From assembly GCA_028288025.1 (NCBI GenBank), contig JAQBOM010000014.1:26477-90476 (forward strand): 64,000 bases of DNA, read 5' to 3'. Made by a program: the position numbers and the translations under genes. The notes under the pieces are model-generated. The model worked only from the letters and a program-made list of their open reading frames with translations. It made no database searches and was not told the origin of the DNA. The stretch comes from Mucilaginibacter sp. (GTDB lineage: Bacteria > Bacteroidota > Bacteroidia > Sphingobacteriales > Sphingobacteriaceae). This document shows positions 36,006 to 46,400 of this stretch, one piece after another (within the stretch, counting starts at the first letter, position 1; each line of letters begins with the position of its first letter).

Positions 36006-39000
36006 AAAAACCTTCCTTAATGGGTCGAATTATATCTATACCAAGCTGTATGTAAACATGGCGACAAGTAACTACCCGGATCCTAACCCAATCACCTATG
36101 ATTTGGTCCCGACCTATTGCCTAATCAAAGCAGTGACGATATCTTCCGGGATCGCTTACATTCAATTTACCGCGGTTAATGCGGGGAGCATAACGGCCAA
36201 TCCGATGGTCATTTCAGCCTGGCAGCGGCTGAAAAACGAATACCCGCGGTATGCCTATCCGGGTTTCGACAACCGTGTGCAAACGGCAAGCAACAGCGTC
36301 CTGGCGGCTGTTTCAGCGGTGGTGAATGCGGCCAAAAACCTTTCCGAGCTTAAAAAGAGCTTTTATCAAAAGGCGAACGCGAGACAGTACGCAAGCGCCG
36401 TCACAATCGGTAAAAGTTTCGTTAAACTAGTCAATACCAACGGCTTTAAGCTTGGCGGCCCTCCGCGGGTTACTAAAATACAGATATCGGATACCTGGAA
36501 TTTATCAAATCCTTCCGCAACAGCTGTAGCCTACGGGCAGGCGTATAGTTATACAACTACCGATAACGGAACGATGATCAGCAGTGGTGTGGCCACCTAC
36601 GAGCCGTCTATCGGCAATGATGAAAACGCTTTAAAACAACCTGTTCCGTATGTCGAAAAAATCAAGGGGGCGATAAATAATTATTTTGACCTGGAACTTC
36701 CACTGGGCGAATCTTTTTACCCTGCGGCCACTATCACCTACAGTAAGATAACTGTAAATGACCTCGATAAAACCGGCAGCCCATCGAATAAAACGGGCTC
36801 CATCGTAAATGAATTTTATACTTCGAGAGATTACCCGGTAAAGGTGAGGGCGCTGCCAATTATCCCAAACACCTTCAAACCGCCCGGCTATTATTCGCTG
36901 ACCCGTTCGAGCAGTGATGATGAGACCTGTCTCTCACAAGGGTATAGCTTTGAGGTAAACGACATGAACGGCAAACAAAAGGCCGTCACGGTTTATGACA
37001 TGGCTGGCGCGATCATATCCGGTACTGCGTATTATTATAATTCGCAGGCAAACGGCACGGCTTTGTCTTTGAATAACCAGGTCAATGTGATCGACCCCGC
37101 GACACTCCTGCAGGCCAGCAGGGTTTTGGGGCGCGATGTGGACTTTTTCACGGATGTCAGGGAGCAGGAAACGAGCAACCGCGGACAGGCCATCAATCTC
37201 GGCGGGGATATTTTTCCGATCCCGCCCTGGATACCGTTTTTCGGCTTGCCGCATTTCCCGGTCAATCAAAACGACGATTATAAATTATTCCGGTCCGTCT
37301 GCGCCGTTAAGGTGATTCAAAATTATGGCATCCTCAACAAAGTGGTTAAAACGGAGAACGGCTCTTCCATTACGACGGAAAATCTCGCGTACGATGCACT
37401 AACTGGGGAAGCATTGGTAACACGCACCCAAAATGAATTCAAAAAATATATCTATTCAGTTAATATTCCGGCATACTGGGTATATAAGGGAATGGGGGCC
37501 GCCTATCAGAATCTCGGCGTTTTGCTCAGCGGGTTTACCACCAACACAAACGGGGAGATCACCACCAGCTATACAGGATATGTACAGGGCGGTGATGAAA
37601 TACTGGATACAAATAACGGGAACCATTACTGGGTGATCGATAACCAGGCCGTATCCGGCGGAGGTACTACAAAAAAACTGGTCGACAGGAACGGCTTCAT
37701 CAATGCCAATTATAACCCTGCCGCGTTGGTTAAAATTGTCAAATCAGGCTTTCACAATATGCTAACGGCGAGCACAACGACGCTGGCCAGCCTGAACCGC
37801 CCGTTTACCGCGGATAACCACCTGCAACTCATTTCGAGCGGCGATCTGACCGCGATGAAAGTGATCAACGCATCGGTCACCACGTATGACGAAAACTGGA
37901 CGCAGGATAAGTTATGCCCTAACCCGGTAGTAAACACTTCCTATGTTTTCTCCTTCAGGGCCGGTGATGATGGCGAATATTGTGGTTCCGGGGCTATAAT
38001 TAAACCCGATTCGCTATCTGCGCCGGTAACAAGCACTGCGGCGGTTTGGCAAAATTCATTAAACTTAAGGTCGGGTATATGGATTAACCAACCCAGCTCC
38101 ACGACTTTAAATGAATCGATGGGGTTTGACCGGTGTATAACCATAACGAAGGCGAAGGACTATTTCTTTGGGTTCGCGGCCGATAACGGCATCCAGATAT
38201 ATATCGACGGGGCATTAGCGGACTCATTATACCGCGGCAGCACGAGTTCTTTTAATTACTGGCATGTCAATCCGCATTATTTATCTACAGGCAAGCATAC
38301 CATCCATGTAGAATTTGTGAACGTGACTGCCGGGGCCTCTGCGGGCCTTGAAATTTATGATAATAATGCGGAAGAGCTGACCAACCCCAGCGTTTCAGCC
38401 AGTGATCTGAAAATTATTTTTTCCACCGCAAGCCTGCTCAATAGCACGTTCGTTCAAAGCTTTAGAACGGTCAGCGGTGCAAAAGTCTGGCACTATACCA
38501 TAAACGGCGCCGAGATGCAAGTCTCCTCACCAAATGTCCAGCAGGTGGCCAACCCCTATATCCAGGGATTCCTCGGGAACTGGCGGCCATACCAGACGAA
38601 AGTGTTCCAGCAAAGCCGCAATTATAGTTATTCGGCCAGCCTGCCAAGGCAGGGGGTTGATGTTAAAAACGCAGGTTTTGTGAATAGTTTTTATTCGTAT
38701 TGGTATTTAAACACGGGCACATCTTTGTTGACGGTCAACCCGAATGGCACCAGGTGGGTGACGGCCAATACGGTAACGCTCTACGATAAATATGGCCAGC
38801 AGCTTGAAAACAGGGACGCGCTGGCAAGGTACAGCGCGGCTAAATTTGACTTTAACGGCGAGCTGCCATCGGCTGTGGCATCCAATGCGATGAACCGGGA
38901 AATATATGCCAATAGCCTGGAGGATAGTAAATTTACACCCGGAACAGGCAGCAATACCGCCACGTGCAGCCTTCCCGAATTTACACAGCTGTCAACCGGA

Positions 39001-39636
39001 TACGAGTTAAAGCAGCTGGCGGTTAATACCATTTCGCACAGCGGCAATTACAGTGCACTGCTTCCTTTTGACGGCGTTACCTTATCAACAATTACCGACA
39101 CATTGCAGCAAAAAAACAATGCCTACCTGACGCTGGATGGTCTCAAACAATACATGACCCTGAATACTACGGGGCTATACCCGAACGGGTTTGAACCTTA
39201 TCCCAATAAAAAATACATTTTTGATGCCTGGGTAAATGACGCTCACCCGAACGATAAATCCGCTAACCTTACCCTTTCTGTAAATGGTAATAACATACCG
39301 CTAAAATGTAAGGCGGTGGTAGAAAACTGGAAGCTGGTGGAGGGTACCATTGATCTTTCGACCATTTCGCTCGGGCTGCTGAATATCAGCATTACCCCGA
39401 ATGCCGGCAATACAATATACATCGATGACATCCGTATACATCCTTTTGACGCGCAGCTGAAAACGTACGCCTACGATGATAAAACATTGCGGCTGATGGC
39501 TGAAATCGATGAAAACGGCTTTGCGACATTTTATGAATATGACGATGAGGGCCTTTTGATCCGTGTAAAAAAGGAAACCGAAAAGGGTATTATGACGCTG
39601 AAAGAAAGCCGGTCGACATACAGGAGAAAATTTTAA
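35911..39636 (+). CDS. Giant secreted protein, second reading frame (C-terminal ~1,250 aa; PA14-like and CBM-like segments, terminal YD-repeat pair)
   Basis: This frame is open from 35876 (after TGA 35873-35875) as TPVQNLINASNGTVSAANLNLATG... It contains DYFFGFAADNGIQIYIDGAL (PA14-like). It ends with NTIYIDDIRIHPFDAQLKTYAYDDKTLRLMAEIDENGFATFYEYDDEGLLIRVKKE (YD-type repeats). Confidence 0.7.
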   Translation: MSAANLNLATGISVNIGTSITPPSGDATAWFKKTFLNGSNYIYTKLYVNMATSNYPDPNPITYDLVPTYCLIKAVTISSGIAYIQFTAVNAGSITANPMVISAWQRLKNEYPRYAYPGFDNRVQTASNSVLAAVSAVVNAAKNLSELKKSFYQKANARQYASAVTIGKSFVKLVNTNGFKLGGPPRVTKIQISDTWNLSNPSATAVAYGQAYSYTTTDNGTMISSGVATYEPSIGNDENALKQPVPYVEKIKGAINNYFDLELPLGESFYPAATITYSKITVNDLDKTGSPSNKTGSIVNEFYTSRDYPVKVRALPIIPNTFKPPGYYSLTRSSSDDETCLSQGYSFEVNDMNGKQKAVTVYDMAGAIISGTAYYYNSQANGTALSLNNQVNVIDPATLLQASRVLGRDVDFFTDVREQETSNRGQAINLGGDIFPIPPWIPFFGLPHFPVNQNDDYKLFRSVCAVKVIQNYGILNKVVKTENGSSITTENLAYDALTGEALVTRTQNEFKKYIYSVNIPAYWVYKGMGAAYQNLGVLLSGFTTNTNGEITTSYTGYVQGGDEILDTNNGNHYWVIDNQAVSGGGTTKKLVDRNGFINANYNPAALVKIVKSGFHNMLTASTTTLASLNRPFTADNHLQLISSGDLTAMKVINASVTTYDENWTQDKLCPNPVVNTSYVFSFRAGDDGEYCGSGAIIKPDSLSAPVTSTAAVWQNSLNLRSGIWINQPSSTTLNESMGFDRCITITKAKDYFFGFAADNGIQIYIDGALADSLYRGSTSSFNYWHVNPHYLSTGKHTIHVEFVNVTAGASAGLEIYDNNAEELTNPSVSASDLKIIFSTASLLNSTFVQSFRTVSGAKVWHYTINGAEMQVSSPNVQQVANPYIQGFLGNWRPYQTKVFQQSRNYSYSASLPRQGVDVKNAGFVNSFYSYWYLNTGTSLLTVNPNGTRWVTANTVTLYDKYGQQLENRDALARYSAAKFDFNGELPSAVASNAMNREIYANSLEDSKFTPGTGSNTATCSLPEFTQLSTGYELKQLAVNTISHSGNYSALLPFDGVTLSTITDTLQQKNNAYLTLDGLKQYMTLNTTGLYPNGFEPYPNKKYIFDAWVNDAHPNDKSANLTLSVNGNNIPLKCKAVVENWKLVEGTIDLSTISLGLLNISITPNAGNTIYIDDIRIHPFDAQLKTYAYDDKTLRLMAEIDENGFATFYEYDDEGLLIRVKKETEKGIMTLKESRSTYRRKF

Positions 39637-39645
39637 ATAAAAAAA

Positions 39646-40401
39646 ATGAACGCAGATAGGAAACTTAAACATAGCGTAATGCTCATGATACTCATCCTCA
39701 CAGTTGGCAGTTATGTGCGCGGTAATGCATGTATCCCAAATCCACCTGCTGATATGACGGCGGACAAAGAACTGCTCAGCAAATTCGCACTGCTTTGCAA
39801 CAAAATCCGGGATGTAAAGGGCAATTATACATTAGCCGGCTTGATCAGCATCACAGACCCAACCCAACCCGCAGCAAACATGGATCACGTTCGGTTTTTA
39901 TTTTGCAAGCAGGGTGATGAATATTATTACCGGCTGGGCAGTACCACTACCCTGAATGAAAAGGGAACTTACCTTTATATCGATAACCAGAACAAACGGA
40001 TACTTGTCTCCGGACAAAAGCAGGTGGCGTATGATAACGACGTTAAGGGTTTAGGCGAGCTTGGCGCGAATATAAAATTTGAGCATTACCGGCCCGAAAG
40101 TAAGGTCAGCGGCAATGAGGAAACGATATCATTGACCAATCCGCACCATATCAGCTGCAAACAATACGCGATCACGTTTGACAAGCGCAATATGAAAATA
40201 AAAAGGCTGTACCTGCGGCTTTCCAATTTGAGCGACCCTTTGAGGACGGATAATGAAAAAATTATCAGTGTAAGCATTACGGAATGGACAAAGACTGCCG
40301 TTCTATCAAAATATTTAACGAAGGACCAGGTCATCCGGATAGTGAGGGGAGAATGGGCAACGACCAGTGAGTTTAAACAATACCGGTTAATAAAAATGTA
40401 A
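39646..40401 (+). CDS. Secreted/lipoprotein-like 251-aa protein, unknown function
   Basis: It has a hydrophobic N-terminus, MLMILILTVGSYVRGNAC. It lies 9 nt after the giant gene and 11 nt before the RHS gene. Confidence 0.65.
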   Translation: MNADRKLKHSVMLMILILTVGSYVRGNACIPNPPADMTADKELLSKFALLCNKIRDVKGNYTLAGLISITDPTQPAANMDHVRFLFCKQGDEYYYRLGSTTTLNEKGTYLYIDNQNKRILVSGQKQVAYDNDVKGLGELGANIKFEHYRPESKVSGNEETISLTNPHHISCKQYAITFDKRNMKIKRLYLRLSNLSDPLRTDNEKIISVSITEWTKTAVLSKYLTKDQVIRIVRGEWATTSEFKQYRLIKM

Positions 40402-40412
40402 TCGTTTTTTAC

Positions 40413-43400
40413 ATGCGTAAAATATTACCATTATTCTATTTCATCGTATTAAGCAGTTTGCTGACGCTTTCGTCGGCGACGTGCCTGGCAAGGATTGAAT
40501 CTTACCGGGATTCGATAAAAGGACCCTTTGCGAATGGCACCAACTATATCTATCAGGACCCGAACTATTCGCAGACGTATACTATCCATAACCCGGTTCA
40601 GAATACCGTGGCCTTACGCGTTCTTGATAATGTGCTGATCAGCAGCGCATTTACCTGCACTTTGTCGCTTAGGATTGATTATTATACCTACGCGACCAAC
40701 ACTTTAACAACGGTCTACCCGTCGCTCACTGTAAATTACGCGGCAGGCCAGGGTGTTACCTATAAGGGATTGGATATTTACAGCTTCCAGGGAGCCTATA
40801 AAATACAGGTGACCGTATTAAGCAGCGCCTATACCGGCAGCACGCCGCCTGCCAACTCGCTGCAGTTAACCAGCGATATTGTGATCGACCGGACGTATGC
40901 CTTCAGTGGCGGGCAGGTCATCGGCGCGGCTTATACCTGGGCAACCAACGGGAAACAGCTTCAGGCAACGTGGGCACCTGTCAGCGGGGCGGAAGAATAT
41001 GACGTGGAGTGGACCACCATTAATACCGGCAACAGTAATTTCGCGCTGCTATATGCAAACCTAACGAGCCATTCGAGCCCGAACATCCCGGCGGTCAGCA
41101 CGGCTTTGGCACAATGCTTCCGCAATAACGGGAGCCGGATAACTACCAAAAAAGACACCTGTACCCTATCGGTGCTCTCGACGGACAGCCTGCTGCTGGT
41201 GCGGATCAGGCAGGCGCAATACGACCCGGTTTCGGGCGTAAGGGTGGCGGGGAACTGGGATTATACCAAAGGGATCTATTATGCCATGTGGGTGCTGAAC
41301 TGGAACGAGCAAACACAGAACTGGCAGTACTCGGCAGCGTTTGCCGAAGACGGGAAGAAAAAGGAAGTGATCAGCTATTTTGACGGTACCCTCCGCGGAC
41401 GGCAAACAGTAACGATCAATAATTCGGATAACGTTGCGCTGGCCCAGGAAAACATTTATGACGATTTCGGGAGGCCTTCGGCAAGTATCCTTCCCGCGGG
41501 GTATAAGGAGCCTTCCTATACGCCATATCTCCATTATATTAAAAATTTCAACGTAATTTCGGCGAACACGCCATATACATTTGCCAATGTAAGCGGCACA
41601 ACACCGGCGCTTTGCGAGCTTAATCCTGATCCGCTGAGCACCCTGGCGGGCGCATCAAGGTATTATTCGAATCAAAATGATTTCACCGGCTTAAATATTA
41701 ACAACAATTATATACCGGATGCTGTCGGGTACCCGCTTTCGGTTACACAATATACCAATGACAATACGGGCCGCATCCGGTCGCAGGGCGGGGTGGGGCT
41801 GGCTTTTCAACCGGGAAAATCCGGCTCGCCGCCGCTGAGCAAAACCACCAAGTATTATTACGGCAAGCCCGAACAGTGGGAGCTTGACCAGCTTTTTGGC
41901 AACGATGCCGGCTATGCCGAACATTACCTGAAAAATACGGTGGTTGACCCGAACGGGCAGATCAGCGTATCTTACCTGAACGCCAGCGGCAAAACCATTG
42001 CTACGGCCTTAGCGGGCCTTAAGCCGGCGTCGTTAGACACGCTGACCTCCTATAAACCGCTGCTGCCGGCCGGTAAACCGCGGAACCTGCATATCTTAAA
42101 GCCCGAACAATTTATTTTTAACAGCACCGGGCTAACGCTCAACGCGAACACCACCTACCTGGCCACGGCCATTGGACCGGATACCCTGAAGTTCAACATG
42201 CAGCAGCTGATCGATTACTACCCGGGTGGGGCGTTCCAGGTGTGCAGCAACTGTTATTATACGATGACGGCGAAGGTGAGCGATGATTGCGGGAATACGA
42301 TTGCCGCCATAACGACGCCCTTACCTATCGGCTCGGCCACCGCCAACCCGCTGGCGACGGGATTATTTACCACTTCGCTGGTGGCACCGATCGCAGCGCC
42401 CGGGGAATACAATGTGAACATCCGGCTGGCATTTGATAATAACGTGATACAGGCCTATACCGATTCGATGATATCAAAGGGTATACAGAATGGTTACCTG
42501 GAACAGCAGTTCGGGTATATTAAGAAGCGGTACCTGGACAGCATTGACGTGAGCGCCTGCTATAGCGACTGCCATACCTGCAAGCTGCTGCTTGGCACTA
42601 AAACGGACTTCGCACAAATGCTCAGGACGAAGTGTATTGCGCTGGGGCTTGATTCCGTGAGCGTTTCGGGTGCGCCGTTCACTGCCTGGGCCAACCAGGT
42701 GTATGCGGCGGACAGCACGAAGTGCCAGTCGCTGCAGGCTGGCTGTTCATATTCGCCGTGTACGTCGATACAAAATGTGATGCAGAACGATGTTTCGCCG
42801 GGCGGGCAGTACGCCTTGTTCGACAGCAGCGGCATTACGCTGGAACCGTCCGCCAATGTGATCACGGAAATCCTGCCGGGCGCTACGCAACAAAACTGGC
42901 GGGTGGTGTTCCCGGTATTATTACCGACAAACCCGGTTTACCAGGCCAATGCGATCGTACTGCCGGACGGGACAACAACCTCGCCGAATGACGCACTTTT
43001 TAACATTCAGCAACTTATCACCTACTGGCAGCCGGCCTGGGCAACGAGCTTTTTGGTTTACCACCCCGAATACTGCAGGCTGCAATACTGCATCAGCAAT
43101 GCGACTTACGAAAGCTGGGACATGATCGTACAGCAGGACATCAATACCGCCGCTGCGGTACCGAATATCCCGACCGGCGGGGCGCCGCTTAGCTATGCTT
43201 TCGATAATCCTGCCGACTGGCTGATGGCCGGCGACCCGTTCTTTAAATCCGGCGGGCCGGGATATAGCTATGCCTCGCAGATGAGCACCGACCTGGCCCA
43301 GTATTCGGTAAATGTTTTGGGTATTTCCAATAGCTCGCAGCACCCTACCAGAAGCGTGATGGCCTATATCGATTTTACGTTGTATTGCCTGGATACCCTG

Positions 43401-46400
43401 GGCAATATGAATAACGCGAGGACAATTCCTGATACCCCATGGACCCATTGCACGCCAAACCCCGGCTGCCGCGTGGCCGACCGGGAGTGGGCCCTTTACC
43501 AGCAGTATTACTTTACCGCCAAGCAAAAATATTACACGCTTTTGAGGAATGCCAGCTGCAGTACGACGGCCCCCTGCGTGATCGGGCAGCCGCTCAGCAG
43601 CAGCCTGCCGGGGGCCTGCCCGGCCATTACGGATTTCAGCGTGCAGCTGTATACAGGCGCTTCTGCCTGTACCGGGACGTACCAGACGGTGGTGGTGATG
43701 CACGATGCGGGCTCGCTGAGCCAAACCACTACGGTAACGCTGTATTACCCGCCGGCCTTAGATAACCCCGGCCTGACGCACAACATCACCTTTGCCGCGG
43801 GCCAGTCGCAAGCGACGATATGCGTGCCGGCTGCTATACCGGTTACTTCTATCTATGTGAACGGGGTGTATTGCCCCAGCTATCCTTACGGCAACGACCC
43901 TACGTACGTGGTAAATGTGGTTGACCAGTCCGGCGGGACACTGACGAACGACTGCAGTAACCCGACGTTCGTTCAGCGCAATACGGTGATCACCTTAAAA
44001 GACAGTTTTGGTAACCCGGTGAACGCGGTAAGCCCGGTTACGGCTACTATCAACTATAATTATACCACCTGCATCAACCCGACCCCGCAGGTGCTTGCCA
44101 TTACGCTGACCATCCCCATCGGGCAAAGCAGCAGCACGGCCAATGGTTATGTGAGCCTGCTTGACTGCACCGTGCCCTGTCACTGGGGCACGAAAACGAT
44201 CGGCATCGGCTGCGTGCAAAGCCTGAGCAATGCCAGCAATGTGACGGGACTGGGCACCTGCACGGGTTATACTTACAGTAATCCGCAGCCGCCCTCGGGC
44301 TCGTGCCCGGCGGCCTATACGGTAAAAATACCGCGCTTCCCGGATGCGACCAGCAACATTGCCGCGCAGGCGGCAGCTACGACGGTCAGCACGCAGCTGA
44401 CCAACCCGGCGAATGCCGCGGTTACGGCGCAGGCGGGGGACATGTGCACGGCAATGTCTGCGGCATGGATTAGCCGGCTGCAGCCAGGTTTAACGGCCAT
44501 GGGCGCAACTCCTACGCAGATCAGCGCGCTGACGGCGGCTTTTGTCTCGATCTGCTCTGCGGGCGGCGATAAAACGCACCCGATGGGCGCCAGTACCCTG
44601 CCATTGCCATTACGGCCCGGCGCGACGGATACCACCTTCGGGGCGGCTATCAAAAGAATATTACTCGGCGGCGGTACGTTTACCACCACGCTGAACCCCT
44701 GGCTGATTGATGCGCCGTACCCGTACACGGTAAAACAGCAGTCGGTGCCGCGGACGATCAGCCGGAGCGATACGGGGCTGTGCAGCCTGATCGGCAGGCT
44801 GACCACCGCCGCAGGCGGCAGCAGCTATTTATACAGTTACCTTGTAACCACTTATGGCAGCGCGATGACGCTAAGCGCTTCGGACCTTACGATGCTGCAG
44901 AATTCCTGCAGCTCGTGCAAGTTTTTGCTTGCAACCGATGTTACTTTGCCGGTGTTTTTAGATCCGGGCGCCGCGGCCTGTATCAGCTACACCGTCTACC
45001 AAAACGCTAAAACAGCGCTGGTGGCGCAGTTTGGCGGTACATTGCCCACCACCGACCCGAACTACCAGACCATATTCGCTAATTACATGAACCAGCAATG
45101 GGGGTTTTCATTAACCTATGCTGACTATGCGGCTTATGATGCGAGTCACCCGGGCCTGCTTTGCAATACGATGCCGTATACGACCATCGCCACTGACCCG
45201 AACGACTGCGTAAAAAATGCCATTGCTAAAGCGGTGATCGACGGGCTGGCGGATTATAACGCCTATATCACAAACCAGCGGCAGCTGTTTAAAGCCAGCT
45301 ATATCGGCACCTGCCGGCTGGCGCAGGCCAACGCGAACCTGAACGGTTTGCAGCAGCAATATCATTATACGCTGTACTACTACGACCAGGCGGATAACCT
45401 TTCAAGGACGATCCCGCCGGAAGGGGTTACCCTGTTTGATACTTCGCGGTTCGGCTATATCGATAAAGCGCGGGATAACGATACGGCGGCTTATGCCTAT
45501 ACCTATAACGGGCCTACCACGGCTTCAAGCCTTACAACGGCTTTAACCACACTTTCAGCTACGTTGAGCGCTTCTGTCGGTTCCGTAGAAATGTGGCTGT
45601 ATAACAATAGCACCAGTAATTACCATTGGGTAGAAGCTACGCCGGACAGAAGCTATTTGTTCCAGGTGGGGTTGTCGGGTAACAAATTAGCCATTGATGT
45701 TTACCCCATGGTACAGCCGACGGGGGCCAGCATACAGCTAATGCCTACAAGCGGGCATTACCAGGCGGATATTAGTGCGTTATTGCCCTTGCCGCCTTTT
45801 GCGCACGTCGTATTCCAGGGAAGCAACCTTGGTGCGGGCACCAGTTTGCCGCAGCTGTACCTGAACGGTACGCAGCTGACGGTAAGCAATACTTCTGCGC
45901 CGAGCCCGTTCGGGTTTAATATTACGGCAGGAAGCACCTCGGTGACTTTCCCGGACAGCATCTATAGCCTGAAGCACCTGCGGCTGTATACGCATTTGCT
46001 GACCCAGGCTACCATAACAGCCGATGCCAATAATGCATTTTTTAATGCCACAGACCTGACCTATACCGGCTGGTACCGCTTTAACGTGCCCGCGCCGGGA
46101 ACGCCGCCAACCACGATCAATGCCAATACGAGCGACGAAACGAATATCATCGATACTTACCCCAATCATGCACTTCCCACCACCTACGCCTATAACAGCA
46201 CCAACCAGGTGACGCAGCAGAATTCGCCGGATGGCGGGACGAACAGTTTTTGGTATGACCTGCTGAGCAGGCTGGTGGTATCGCAGAATGACAAGCAGTT
46301 AGCCGGCAGCAATTACAGCTATACCACCTACGATGTACTCGGAAGAATTACCGAAGTGGGACAAAAGAACCAAACTACGGTAAATATCGGCGCCCCTGAT

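Noticed and set aside
42921-43724. Long minus-strand ORFs inside the RHS gene (also 44315-44806, 45780-46169, 46419-47066 and others; plus-strand alternates such as 43439-43765)
   Set aside because: They occur only where the RHS gene is most G+C-rich. They are Arg/Ala/Gly/Pro-rich shadow frames with no motifs, and the sense frame has unmistakable YD/RHS features.
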